Source: a virus (lineage: Duplodnaviria > Caudoviricetes). From it: a DNA stretch of 44,868 bases. The position numbers and the translations under genes are program-made. Location: IMG/VR virus record IMGVR_UViG_3300042503_001575, positions 1 through 44,868 of that record. One strand, given 5' to 3'. Numbering within the stretch: the first letter of the stretch is position 1; the number at the start of each line of letters is the position of its first letter. A model generated the notes under the pieces. It did no database searches, was not told the DNA's origin, and saw only the letters and a program-made list of their open reading frames with translations. This document shows positions 28,209-37,227 of this stretch, one piece after another.

Positions 28209-30257
28209 TTAATTAAAAGAAGGAACATAGCTTTTTACTAACGGCTCTCTCTTTGCTGGTTTTATAACAGGCTCCATTAAACAAACAATAAGCATTAAAA
28301 ATGATACGGTTATATCATAGTCTGTTCTGTTATTTGGATCAAATTTTTTGGCATCTTCTAATAAATTTTCAAAATCTATAGAATTAATATGTGATTCAAA
28401 ATACATTATACCAACATCAGCTTGTTTTGTAAGACTGAATGGGGTAGTAGGAAAACCTTTATGCCTTTCAGCTGTTTCCCTTCTAGATGGATCAATCGTT
28501 GACATTGGGTAAGAACCTAAATAACCAACCCTTCCCCTATCTCTAAAATAAGATAAATAATCATCACTATTATGCTCGTACCATGCTTGATAACCATAAT
28601 ATTCGGCAGCCAAAAGAACTTGCTCATGCAGGGTTTCTTTTATTTGAGGCCTTCCATATAGATGGCCAATAGCTTTACCAGTATTTGATGGATCTAACAA
28701 ATTATATCTTCTACCAATCCAAGCAGATGCTTTTGAGCCAAACTTACCTCCCTGACTATTGCTATATCCGTCAATTGCAATTGCGCCATCATCTGTTCTT
28801 CCGGGCTTTCTTGTTCTAACATCAAACACATGATTATTCTCTTTCCCAACAGGTGGGAATTGAGTAATAACCCAATGAAAATCCTCTTCTTTGTCGTTTA
28901 TATTCCTCCATTTTACCGTTTGGTCAATATCTCTATAAAATATAATATGCCTCTTTAATACAGGATTTTCTTTTAAATAAGATTCTCTTGCGCTTATATT
29001 CATTACATTAAAAATACAACCATCAGCATCTGTACTAAATGCTTCATCAATTGTTAATGGTTCTTTGCGTATACGAGCAGATAATGCTCTAGGATTATTT
29101 TTAACCGTTTCTCTATCTGCTTCAATTTGCAAAAAAGTCTTTTCTTCGTCTGGAAATCCAAAGTCATCAAAGTTTCTTGTTCTCTTTGCAGACATAAAAA
29201 ACCTATATAAACCACTTGATGTAGTGCCGTTTTCTTGTCTTTTTTCTTGATTACTTTCTTCCCAAAGTAACTTAAATGCTTCTTGAACACCATCTTTTTC
29301 AGATGTAAGTTTTTCTACAGTTGTAGTATAAAGCGCCTTACCAATCACCTTTCCTTCATCATCTAACAAGCAATAACGAACAACCTCGTGCCTATCGTAT
29401 ACGTTTACTTCTGTTGTTTTGCCGCACTCATCAGCTACATATCTATGAAGTTTTTGTCCGTCATAAGCAACCGTATCAGCAGATTGATGATCAATAATAG
29501 AACCAAGCTCGTCTTTATCTACATTCTCCTCAGCCTTTTTACCCCTTACGTTTGTTTTTTGAAACCTCATTTCAGACTTTGGATTAACACCTAAAGACAT
29601 ATCATACTCAGGTCTAAAAAACTTAGGAAGCCTTCTAAATGGATTTACAACCGTTTTTGCAAAGAATTTTTTAGCATCAGATCCAGTCTTAGATTGAATA
29701 CCACCATTGGTCATCTTAGTTCTAGTAGTATATTCAGTAACAAACAAACCAGCCACAAAAGACTTACCAAAACGTCTTTTTGTAACTTCTAGCATACCCA
29801 TACAAAGCGGATCCTGTATGCAATATTCCATGAAATAAAATTTCTCTAGATCTGGAATTCTGAATTTAGGATAACCAATATCTATACTCCACCATTGCAA
29901 ATACAAATAATGCATGCCAGTCAAATAAGTAGGATTGCCATTATTCATATACCAAAAACCATTCAACCTTCTATCCCACTCTTGTTTCTTAAAATCTTCT
30001 AGCTTTTCATCATAAAACTCAGGGGACTCATCTTTTTTCTTTTTATCATACTCATCCCATTCTTTCATGGTATCTGCATACCAATAGGGTAGTGGTATTC
30101 TTTTCCAATATTGCTCTGATTTGATTTCCGACCTTTGATAAATACCCCTAAATTCAACCTGTTTTGTTAATATATTAAAAACATAACCTTCTGGAGGAAG
30201 ATGACAATCTAACCCCTGAATGTGAATCGTGGAACCTTTTTCAATTTTTTCGTACAT
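28209..30257 (-). CDS. terL: Terminase large subunit
   Basis: YLTGMHYLYLQW, Walker A KRRFGKS, Walker B YVADECGK, TTT coupling motif, nuclease acidic residues IAIDGY, YEHN, TDYDITVS. Confidence 0.92.
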   Translation of the reverse strand: MYEKIEKGSTIHIQGLDCHLPPEGYVFNILTKQVEFRGIYQRSEIKSEQYWKRIPLPYWYADTMKEWDEYDKKKKDESPEFYDEKLEDFKKQEWDRRLNGFWYMNNGNPTYLTGMHYLYLQWWSIDIGYPKFRIPDLEKFYFMEYCIQDPLCMGMLEVTKRRFGKSFVAGLFVTEYTTRTKMTNGGIQSKTGSDAKKFFAKTVVNPFRRLPKFFRPEYDMSLGVNPKSEMRFQKTNVRGKKAEENVDKDELGSIIDHQSADTVAYDGQKLHRYVADECGKTTEVNVYDRHEVVRYCLLDDEGKVIGKALYTTTVEKLTSEKDGVQEAFKLLWEESNQEKRQENGTTSSGLYRFFMSAKRTRNFDDFGFPDEEKTFLQIEADRETVKNNPRALSARIRKEPLTIDEAFSTDADGCIFNVMNISARESYLKENPVLKRHIIFYRDIDQTVKWRNINDKEEDFHWVITQFPPVGKENNHVFDVRTRKPGRTDDGAIAIDGYSNSQGGKFGSKASAWIGRRYNLLDPSNTGKAIGHLYGRPQIKETLHEQVLLAAEYYGYQAWYEHNSDDYLSYFRDRGRVGYLGSYPMSTIDPSRRETAERHKGFPTTPFSLTKQADVGIMYFESHINSIDFENLLEDAKKFDPNNRTDYDITVSFLMLIVCLMEPVIKPAKREPLVKSYVPSFN

Positions 30258-30258
30258 A

Positions 30259-30645
30259 TTATGAGCGTTTGCCTGCTAATTCGCCAATTTCATCAGCAAC
30301 ACTTTCTGGTGAAAAAGGTCTTTTATTTATTAAAACAACCTCTTTTTTACTTTCTTTTCCTTCCTGATTAATCCCAGCGGATATTTCTAATGCCCTGATA
30401 GATTCGGTAATTGTTCCAGCTTCAGACCAAAGCTTTTGCAGTCTTTCAAATGATTTATCTTTTGGATCAATTAATTCAATATCCAATAAGTTAATTCTAT
30501 TTAATAATTCAGCCATTTCATTGGCTTTTCTTTGCAAACTGTAATAAAGCTTAATTGCTCCATCTTGCTCATAATAAGCAAGCTTGCTGCTTAAATAAGC
30601 ATTTGACTTTTCTAAATCTTTTACTTTTTGCTCTAACTCAGACAT
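30259..30645 (-). CDS. Possible terminase small subunit
   Basis: 128-aa helical protein directly upstream of TerL; DKSFER motif; assignment mainly from position. Confidence 0.45.
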   Translation of the reverse strand: MSELEQKVKDLEKSNAYLSSKLAYYEQDGAIKLYYSLQRKANEMAELLNRINLLDIELIDPKDKSFERLQKLWSEAGTITESIRALEISAGINQEGKESKKEVVLINKRPFSPESVADEIGELAGKRS

Positions 30646-31331
30646 ACTTCGTTTGGTGTTGATATTGTTACCAATTTTGATGCATCAGAAATCCCATACC
30701 CAATTAAAAGCTCATTTTTAATTACTCTTGATGTTAAATAATGGTCAATAGCAATTATTTCATTTCTATCATGCCCTTTTGGATAATACCTTAATCTAAT
30801 TATTTTACCTTCAGTGCCATCATCATTCTGATAAATAATTTCATAATCACTTGATATTAATGTAGTTACAACTTTTCCAGTCAAATCTCCGCTTGTAACA
30901 TAAATTTTATTTTTAATCAAAGTAGGCGGTATTCCTTCTAAAAATCCATTATATGGCTCAAATATTCTTAATCCTGTTACAAAATTATTAAGTGGTTGCC
31001 AAGCTTCGTTTTTATTATTTCTCCATAAAAAACATTCTTCAATAGGTATTGAAAAATATTGAATATCCGAAGATGCTTCAGCTGTTGGTCTTAAATAGTT
31101 AAAAAGCTTGTATGTGTCATGCGTTGCATTATGATGTATCAATATTTCAGCATCTTCTGGAATATCTTTAGCTGCTACAACTGTTGCGTTTACCGGTTTA
31201 ACGTAACGCATGTTAAAATTATCATAAACTCTTTCAAGCTTAATCTTAGTACCATCTTTAAAAGTATGGCTGTTCTTACTTTCTAAATCAACTTTAATAA
31301 TAACTCTATTTGACGGAGCGATTAATTTCAT
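30633..31331 (-). CDS. Tandem GroES-like-domain phage protein
   Basis: APSNRVIIKVD..ATVVAA..ILIHHN first unit; WQPLNNFV.. second unit. Confidence 0.55.
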   Translation of the reverse strand: MKLIAPSNRVIIKVDLESKNSHTFKDGTKIKLERVYDNFNMRYVKPVNATVVAAKDIPEDAEILIHHNATHDTYKLFNYLRPTAEASSDIQYFSIPIEECFLWRNNKNEAWQPLNNFVTGLRIFEPYNGFLEGIPPTLIKNKIYVTSGDLTGKVVTTLISSDYEIIYQNDDGTEGKIIRLRYYPKGHDRNEIIAIDHYLTSRVIKNELLIGYGISDASKLVTISTPNEVCLS

Positions 31332-31347
31332 ATTTAATTAATTTAAT

Positions 31348-31407
31348 CAAAGGTAGTGATTTTATTAAATTAATCAATTTTAAATTGCATAAAATGCATT
31401 ATATTTG
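31348..31407. promoter_or_regulatory. Divergent promoter pair
   Basis: TACCTTTG on the minus strand at 31348-31355; TATATTTG on the plus strand at 31400-31407. Confidence 0.6.
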
Positions 31408-31451
31408 TATTGCCCAAAAAAAATTCATAACAATAAAAAAAAATTTAAAAA

Positions 31452-31796
31452 ATGGCAAATCATTTATCAGTTTATGTTTATCGTAGAAATCAATACGATT
31501 TAACAAATCCAAACGGCACTGCTGCAACAAGTGGTGTATTGTTTTCTTTACCAACAGCCGACTTACAGGTTCAGCCTTCTACAGTTGTAGCAAATGGTGT
31601 ACAAATGAATTCTTTAATTCTTATCTACCCTAGTGGTTTAAATCAACCAGCTGAAAAATTGTACAGCAATGCAACAGTTGCTGGATTAATTGCAGCTATC
31701 AACGGAAGTGGTATTGCTACAACTACAACTACAACAGCGGCCCCAACCACAACAACTACGGCAGCACCAACAACCACAACCACAACAGCGGCTTAA
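31452..31796 (+). CDS. Small probable virion (decoration-like) protein with Thr-rich tail, paralogue A
   Basis: Shares YRRNQYDL.NPNGT.ATSG and VVANGV.MNS..P.GLNQ..Y.NATVA with the next gene; ends TTTTTTAAPTTTTTAAPTTTTTTAA. Confidence 0.65.
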   Translation: MANHLSVYVYRRNQYDLTNPNGTAATSGVLFSLPTADLQVQPSTVVANGVQMNSLILIYPSGLNQPAEKLYSNATVAGLIAAINGSGIATTTTTTAAPTTTTTAAPTTTTTTAA

Positions 31797-31836
31797 TCAA
31801 AAAAAAAATTTAAAAAACAAATAAAAACATTATAAA

Positions 31837-32100
31837 ATGGCACAAATAGTTTCAGTAACAGCATATCGTAGAAATCAATACGATTTATTAAACCCAAATG
31901 GAACTCCAGCAACATCTGGTATTGCTTACGGATTTCCAGTTGAAGGATTTGTAGCTTACCCAGCTCCTTCTGGAGTAGTAGCAAATGGAGTAACTATGAA
32001 CTCAATAGTTGAAGTAGCTCCAACAGGTTTAAATCAAGTATCTGTTTACTTCTACACAAACGCTACAGTAGCACAAATTAATTCAGCTGCAAACGCTTAG
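31837..32100 (+). CDS. Small probable virion (decoration-like) protein, paralogue B (no tail)
   Basis: See paralogue A. Confidence 0.65.
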   Translation: MAQIVSVTAYRRNQYDLLNPNGTPATSGIAYGFPVEGFVAYPAPSGVVANGVTMNSIVEVAPTGLNQVSVYFYTNATVAQINSAANA

Positions 32101-32107
32101 TAAAATT

Positions 32108-32132
32108 GCCCCTATTTTTTAGGGGCTTTTTT
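32108..32132 (+). terminator. Intrinsic terminator
   Basis: GCCCCTA-TTTTT-TAGGGGC-TTTTTT. Confidence 0.85.
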
Positions 32133-32255
32133 ATTTTCCTTATATATTGTTTTTAGATTTTTGTAGATTCTATCTGCATCATCAATAGTTTTGCCCGAAC
32201 CGGCAGCTAAAACAACAGATAATCTTCTTAGTTTTTTGGCAGCTTTACTATTCAT
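32112..32255 (-). CDS. Small basic hypothetical protein (47 aa)
   Basis: Manual translation MNSKAAKKLRRLSVVLAAGSGKTIDDADRIYKNLKTIYKENKKAPKK; below the ORF-track cutoff. Confidence 0.6.
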   Translation of the reverse strand: MNSKAAKKLRRLSVVLAAGSGKTIDDADRIYKNLKTIYKENKKAPKK

Positions 32256-32266
32256 TTAATTTGTTT

Positions 32267-32389
32267 TTATCTCCCTTGACCTCTATATTGTTTAGGTCTA
32301 GGAGAGTGTTTGTTATAAGACTTTTTTGCGCTTCCTGATTTTCTTTTACCAAATGAAATTTTTCTAGTATCAGATTTAATTTTCGCCAT
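32267..32389 (-). CDS. Small basic phage protein ending YRGQGR (40 aa)
   Basis: Manual translation MAKIKSDTRKISFGKRKSGSAKKSYNKHSPRPKQYRGQGR. Confidence 0.7.
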   Translation of the reverse strand: MAKIKSDTRKISFGKRKSGSAKKSYNKHSPRPKQYRGQGR

Positions 32390-32663
32390 TTTTTTCTTTT
32401 TTAAGGATTAATTGGTACGAATATAAACCATTTCCATCATATCTTTTACTTAGGATATGACTACCAAATTTTTCTTTCCTAAAATCCCTTAACCCAGCAG
32501 ATACTGACGCTTCAGGAATACCTGTAAAATCAGATATTTCTTTTAGTGTTCTGTAAAGGCTATCTTTCATAAGTTCTTTTAGTTTAAAATGGTTTTTAGC
32601 TAATCTATCATAGTCCCTTTCTTTAACATAATCAGCGCCATCAAATTGGAATTCTTTTTGCAT
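32376..32663 (-). CDS. Winged-HTH DNA-binding protein
   Basis: RTLKEISDFTGIPEASVSAGLRDFRKEKFG. Confidence 0.7.
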   Translation of the reverse strand: MQKEFQFDGADYVKERDYDRLAKNHFKLKELMKDSLYRTLKEISDFTGIPEASVSAGLRDFRKEKFGSHILSKRYDGNGLYSYQLILKKEKNGEN

Positions 32664-32667
32664 AATA

Positions 32668-32892
32668 TTACTTTTTATTTTTTAAATAGTCTAAGTCAAT
32701 ATTTCCTCCGTCCATTCTATTTGGGTAGACGATAATGTCGGTGTCGTAAAAATTGCGGACAATACCACTGTCGTGTAATACAACTTTCCAAACAGTGTTG
32801 ACTTCGCTTCCGTAATCAATCCATGCAATTGCCTTCCCTTTTCCGAGTGGTGTATGGACATCTATTATATTTTTTAATTCGTGAATAAACAT
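32668..32892 (-). CDS. Hypothetical phage protein
   Basis: VHTPLGKGKAIAWIDYG..NTVWKV; coupled to the ssb stop codon. Confidence 0.6.
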   Translation of the reverse strand: MFIHELKNIIDVHTPLGKGKAIAWIDYGSEVNTVWKVVLHDSGIVRNFYDTDIIVYPNRMDGGNIDLDYLKNKK

Positions 32893-33230
32893 TAAAATGG
32901 AGTTTCTTCTTGTTTACCAGAAAGCAACTGTAAACTTGATACTCTTGCATGCAATTGAGCAATAGTTTCATTTGTACTGTTGTTCAAATATGTTTTAGCT
33001 TCTGGCTTACCTTCCATATAAATCAATGTTCCTTTTTTTAAATAGGTTGCAACATTAATTTTTTCTGTCCAATAGGCACATGAAACCCAAGTAGTTTTAT
33101 CAACTTCTTGACCATCTTGTTTTTTGAATTTTTCACTATAAGCCATTGAGAAATTAATCACTGTCTTACCATTAACATTGTTAACTACTGCATCTTGGCC
33201 TAAGCGACCAATTAAACTGATTCTGATCAT
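32892..33230 (-). CDS. ssb: Single-stranded DNA-binding protein
   Basis: LIGRLGQDA, FSMA, TTWVSC, YLKKGTLIYMEG, acidic C-terminal ..PF. Confidence 0.92.
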   Translation of the reverse strand: MIRISLIGRLGQDAVVNNVNGKTVINFSMAYSEKFKKQDGQEVDKTTWVSCAYWTEKINVATYLKKGTLIYMEGKPEAKTYLNNSTNETIAQLHARVSSLQLLSGKQEETPF

Positions 33231-33250
33231 TGTTTTGTTTTTTATAATTA

Positions 33251-35116
33251 TTAAAATATTACTTCTTCTCCATTTTCATCTTGGTATGGAAGCCAAGCTT
33301 GACTTGCTTCTTTACGCTTCCAAAAATCATAACTTTTTTTGTTCAACATATCTTGTATAAAATCTTTTCCTTCAATAAAAAATCTTCTTCTATCCCATAT
33401 ATATTCAGTAAGAACGAATCCTTTTCTTCCAACGCTTTTCTTTTTAATTTTTTTAGAATGAAATTCTGCTAAAGGATTATTGGGATCTGTTTGGGCAAAT
33501 GGTCTATGATAAACAGTTATATTATCCATTTTATTATTCCACATTGCGCCATCTGCAACATCAAACACATCTGGACATTTATAGTTACCAGACTTATCTC
33601 TTTCCATTAACTTAGGATGCGCTACAATCCAAAAATATACATCATTTTTTTTCGCAAATCTTGAAAAATCTGATAATAATGTTTCAAGATACTTATCAGT
33701 CCTTCCACCAAACCCCTTGTAGTCATTTGTCATTTGGTTGAATGGATCAATACAACAAAAGTCAACTTTTTCTTGCACAATCAACTCAAGAAACTTCTCT
33801 TTGATATATTGGGGAGTAGGAGAAAGCATTTCTGCGCTTATGTAAAAAATATGCTTTGATATAAAATCATATGCTGCTTCGTAAACTTCATTTGACGGTC
33901 TATTTGGATTAAATGGAGTACACTCACAACCCAAAATCATCTCAACATAATCATGAAAATATTCTTCGGCAGGCGTATCTTCAGGAGAAAATGTAGCAAC
34001 CTTCTCTCCGTACATAATAATTCTTGATAAAATTTGAGATTTCTGCCAAGCGGTTTTTCCATAGTTACCAATACCGGTCAAAAGACTAATTTCACCTCTT
34101 TTTGGTTTAAATAAATAATCAAGTTCTGGCACACCAACGCCCATAATCTTCTCAAAACCTTTTTCATTAATTGATAAAGCTCTATCTTTTACATCAATAC
34201 CGTAAACAACATCTTCAATTCTGTAATTCTCTCCATTTTCTTCCGTAAATTCCTTCTTTACATCAATCTCATAATTAGTCGTTTTATTAACAAGCTTCTC
34301 TTTCTGGATGGAAGCTGTTCCGAAATTACCTCTATTTGCCCTATATCCGCTCTTTACGGCACTTTTCATCTCCGACATAGTAAAGTCATTGCTTACGGTA
34401 TATTCTGCCGAAATAAGGCACAATGCGGCCGTTTCTTCAATACCGAATCTACAACATGCTGATGCCAACTTAAAAATATATGTATTTCGCTCACCAGTTA
34501 CAAATGCATCGTTCTTGTTTGTAAGCCATTTTAATATTCTACGAAAGTTTTCAGAATCATCTAAATTTTGGGTTTCAGAAATAATTATTTTCTCAATTTT
34601 TTTTGCTTTAGTAAATGCTGTAGCCTTATCGTTTATGTAAATATCGGCATCAAAACTCTCATAACAAACCCTACTTACATTAATTCCACTCCTATCAATT
34701 TCAGGGAAAACCTCTTGTAATGACTGAAAATGTTCTCTATGTTTTGATCCATCTGCTATCTTAACCAATGCTTTTAAACCATTACCTGATGGGCTAACCC
34801 AACAAGCATAAACAAAGTTATTGGAAATTATTTCAGTTTGCTTATCCCTTAAATCAGAAACATCATCAAAATCAAGCACAATAAAACCGCTATGCTCAAT
34901 AAGTTGCTCATCTTTTCTATCTACTCCAAACTTTCCACTGAAACATACTGAAGGTAGATTTAACTTAATTTTATTAGCCTTTTCCTTATCAAGTGTATTT
35001 CTAATCTCAGTAACTAATTCTTTACTTGAACCAGTTTTAATCCTTTCTAAAGCTTTTTCAATCGTTATAAAATGTGGCTCCTTGCTAAAAATGTTTTTAA
35101 AAATAGTAGCTATCAT
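33251..35116 (-). CDS. Primase-helicase (BT4734/VirE-N-like domain, PriCT, DnaB/Twinkle-like SF4 helicase)
   Basis: KLNLPSVCFSGKF..HSGFIVLDFD..SPSGNGLK; GERN; Walker A GIGNYGKT, IDPFNQ, VAHP. Confidence 0.88.
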   Translation of the reverse strand: MIATIFKNIFSKEPHFITIEKALERIKTGSSKELVTEIRNTLDKEKANKIKLNLPSVCFSGKFGVDRKDEQLIEHSGFIVLDFDDVSDLRDKQTEIISNNFVYACWVSPSGNGLKALVKIADGSKHREHFQSLQEVFPEIDRSGINVSRVCYESFDADIYINDKATAFTKAKKIEKIIISETQNLDDSENFRRILKWLTNKNDAFVTGERNTYIFKLASACCRFGIEETAALCLISAEYTVSNDFTMSEMKSAVKSGYRANRGNFGTASIQKEKLVNKTTNYEIDVKKEFTEENGENYRIEDVVYGIDVKDRALSINEKGFEKIMGVGVPELDYLFKPKRGEISLLTGIGNYGKTAWQKSQILSRIIMYGEKVATFSPEDTPAEEYFHDYVEMILGCECTPFNPNRPSNEVYEAAYDFISKHIFYISAEMLSPTPQYIKEKFLELIVQEKVDFCCIDPFNQMTNDYKGFGGRTDKYLETLLSDFSRFAKKNDVYFWIVAHPKLMERDKSGNYKCPDVFDVADGAMWNNKMDNITVYHRPFAQTDPNNPLAEFHSKKIKKKSVGRKGFVLTEYIWDRRRFFIEGKDFIQDMLNKKSYDFWKRKEASQAWLPYQDENGEEVIF

Positions 35117-35120
35117 CGTA

Positions 35121-36119
35121 TTAATTTAAAGTTTTTCCTAATTCTTGTTGTCTTTTCTTGTAAGCTTCAAAATCTCCATTTTTGTAAATCTGTGTTTTTG
35201 GTATATCAGAACCAATCAATTCATCATTCCAAGAGCTGTTGTTAAAGAAAGTTTGAGGATCCTTCCTAAACTTCTTTTCTGGCTGAATCATTTTATACTT
35301 TGGTATATACTCAATAATTGAACTTCTATCATCATCCTTCATTGAATCCCATTTCTTTTTTAATTTCTCTTTATCACCAACTTTCTTATCATATAAATCC
35401 CAAAAAATATCAAACGATATATTTATTTCTTTTATTTCCTTTCCTTTTATTTCCTTTCCTTTCCTTTCCTTTATAGCAGACATTCCAAAATATTCCGTAG
35501 GCATTTCGCAGCCATTTTTATTACAAAACATTGGTCTATAATCAGTTGTATCTGGACCTTTTGAAGAATTACATTTTTTACAAAGTGGTTGTAAGTTATG
35601 CAATCCATCACTTCCTCCTTTATAAATTGGCGTAATATGATCCTTGACAATATCATTTTTACTGCCGCATTTAACACATTCGTTAAAGAATAATCTCATC
35701 TCTTCCCATTCTTCTTTTGTGTGCTTACCCTTTTTTCTTGCTTCAGTAAGCCTTTCACTTCTTTTTGCCTGATTTTCAGAATTACCCCATTTTGATAAAG
35801 CGCTTACCCTTGCTTTTGAGCTTTTTTCACTTCTTTCTTGTATTCTATTCTCAATTGACTTACTACTAAAACTATTTTCATTAATTATAAATAAATCAAA
35901 ATCATTTAATATTGAAATTACAACATCAATACTAGAACGTAAATCATATGCAATACCTTCGTAATCAAGCATTAATTGATTTGAATTATTATACAAATCT
36001 TCAACAATTGACCAAAATATTCCGTAACCGGTCATACCATGTTTCCTAAGTAATCTCTTTATTTTCTCATCATTTCGGCAATTGTAATCATGAGAAAAAT
36101 AATATGTATCTTTCGGCAT
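35121..36119 (-). CDS. DUF4373-type replication initiator with an internal HNH nuclease domain
   Basis: YYFSHDYNCRNDEKI..GYGIFWSIVE N-terminus; CVKC..DHITPIYKGGSD..NLQPLCKKCNSSKG; FDIFWDLYDKKVG..KDPQTFFN..W.DE C-terminus. Confidence 0.85.
   Translation of the reverse strand: MPKDTYYFSHDYNCRNDEKIKRLLRKHGMTGYGIFWSIVEDLYNNSNQLMLDYEGIAYDLRSSIDVVISILNDFDLFIINENSFSSKSIENRIQERSEKSSKARVSALSKWGNSENQAKRSERLTEARKKGKHTKEEWEEMRLFFNECVKCGSKNDIVKDHITPIYKGGSDGLHNLQPLCKKCNSSKGPDTTDYRPMFCNKNGCEMPTEYFGMSAIKERKGKEIKGKEIKEINISFDIFWDLYDKKVGDKEKLKKKWDSMKDDDRSSIIEYIPKYKMIQPEKKFRKDPQTFFNNSSWNDELIGSDIPKTQIYKNGDFEAYKKRQQELGKTLN
35423..35472. repeat. AAAGG / AAATA short repeats (candidate iterons inside the initiator gene)
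   Basis: tttcc repeated six times with tttta/tttat spacers; encodes KERKGKEIKGKEIKE. Confidence 0.55.
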
Positions 36120-36128
36120 TTGTAAGTC

Positions 36129-36326
36129 TTAATCGTTTTTAAAATCAGTTTCCATCGCTTTATTTATCTTATCAAGATTTTTATCAGAAAGATTCATAAT
36201 CTTATGTATAAAAATTGAATAAAGTGTTGGATATGGTATCTCTGTCTTTCTTGAAAGCCAAGCTAAAGTCCTTTCCTCTGCCTCTAAATGAAGCAAAATA
36301 TTGTCTTTTATATTTTGTTTTCCCAT
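36129..36326 (-). CDS. Cro/XRE-like HTH regulator
   Basis: RTLAWLSRKTEIPYPTLYSIF; first gene of the replication operon. Confidence 0.75.
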   Translation of the reverse strand: MGKQNIKDNILLHLEAEERTLAWLSRKTEIPYPTLYSIFIHKIMNLSDKNLDKINKAMETDFKND

Positions 36327-36419
36327 AAAAAATTTTATTTAAGAACAAAGTAATAAATAATATTTTTAATTACAAAATTTATTTTTTCATATTTTTTTTT
36401 TGATTTTAATTAAATTAAA

Positions 36420-36427
36420 TATCTTTG
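36420..36427 (+). promoter_or_regulatory. Bacteroidota -7 promoter box TATCTTTG
   Basis: Consensus match 13 nt before the ATG at 36441. Confidence 0.6.
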
Positions 36428-36440
36428 ATAAAATTTTTAT

Positions 36441-37067
36441 ATGAAACTTAATTCAAACATACCCAGTTTTAAAGCCTTAGTTAAAAAATCTTACTTTACT
36501 AAAAATGAAAAAGATTGTAATGAGTATTACGATGTTTATGTTTTTGGAATACAGTCATGCGCTGGTAAGATACTTACATTCCACGTTATTACTGATTCAG
36601 GTATGTTAAGAAGTAGAGTTCCAATATCTGAAATTTATACTAAAATACCTATTAATGATATTCCTTTTTATTATAAACAATTATGGGATTGTTTTAGTGA
36701 AAATGTATCAGTTATTGAATATGATTTTTTAGCATATCATAGAGCGCAAATAATTTTAAGAGATGGAAGTAAAGTATGGGCTACTTATCTTTTAACTGTT
36801 GATTGGTATAAAAATCCATATAGTAACGAGCCTTCTGATTATAAGTGTGGACATTTGTTAGAATCTGATGATGGTTATTTATTGTGTATGCCTAACAATA
36901 GAATTTTTTGGAAAGATTCTAATTGGGTAACTAAAAAATTACCAGATGATTTAAAGCAATTTAAAGTTGATACAATTCTTGATTCTGTTGAAAATCAATC
37001 AGACAAATGGGTTGTTGAAGATACCGATTCTTTTTATTATGATATTAATATTAATGATGGAGAATAA
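36441..37067 (+). CDS. Conserved aquatic-phage hypothetical protein
   Basis: LNSNIP, QLWDCFS, YLLTVDW, KCGH, PNNRIFW motifs; function unknown. Confidence 0.7.
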   Translation: MKLNSNIPSFKALVKKSYFTKNEKDCNEYYDVYVFGIQSCAGKILTFHVITDSGMLRSRVPISEIYTKIPINDIPFYYKQLWDCFSENVSVIEYDFLAYHRAQIILRDGSKVWATYLLTVDWYKNPYSNEPSDYKCGHLLESDDGYLLCMPNNRIFWKDSNWVTKKLPDDLKQFKVDTILDSVENQSDKWVVEDTDSFYYDININDGE

Positions 37068-37227
37068 GGAAATAATATACGATTTAGCTAAAAAATTAGA
37101 TTTAATAATAGAGGTTAATAAAGATGGAAAGTATTTAGGTAAATATAAATTTATAAATAACAAGCTACATAAACTAAAAGAAGATGAGAAACTCAACGAT
37201 AATAGTAAAGAAAAAGAGATGCGTTAG
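37054..37227 (+). CDS. Small hypothetical protein
   Basis: ATG within ORF 36967..37227; overlaps both neighbours. Confidence 0.5.
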   Translation: MMENKEIIYDLAKKLDLIIEVNKDGKYLGKYKFINNKLHKLKEDEKLNDNSKEKEMR

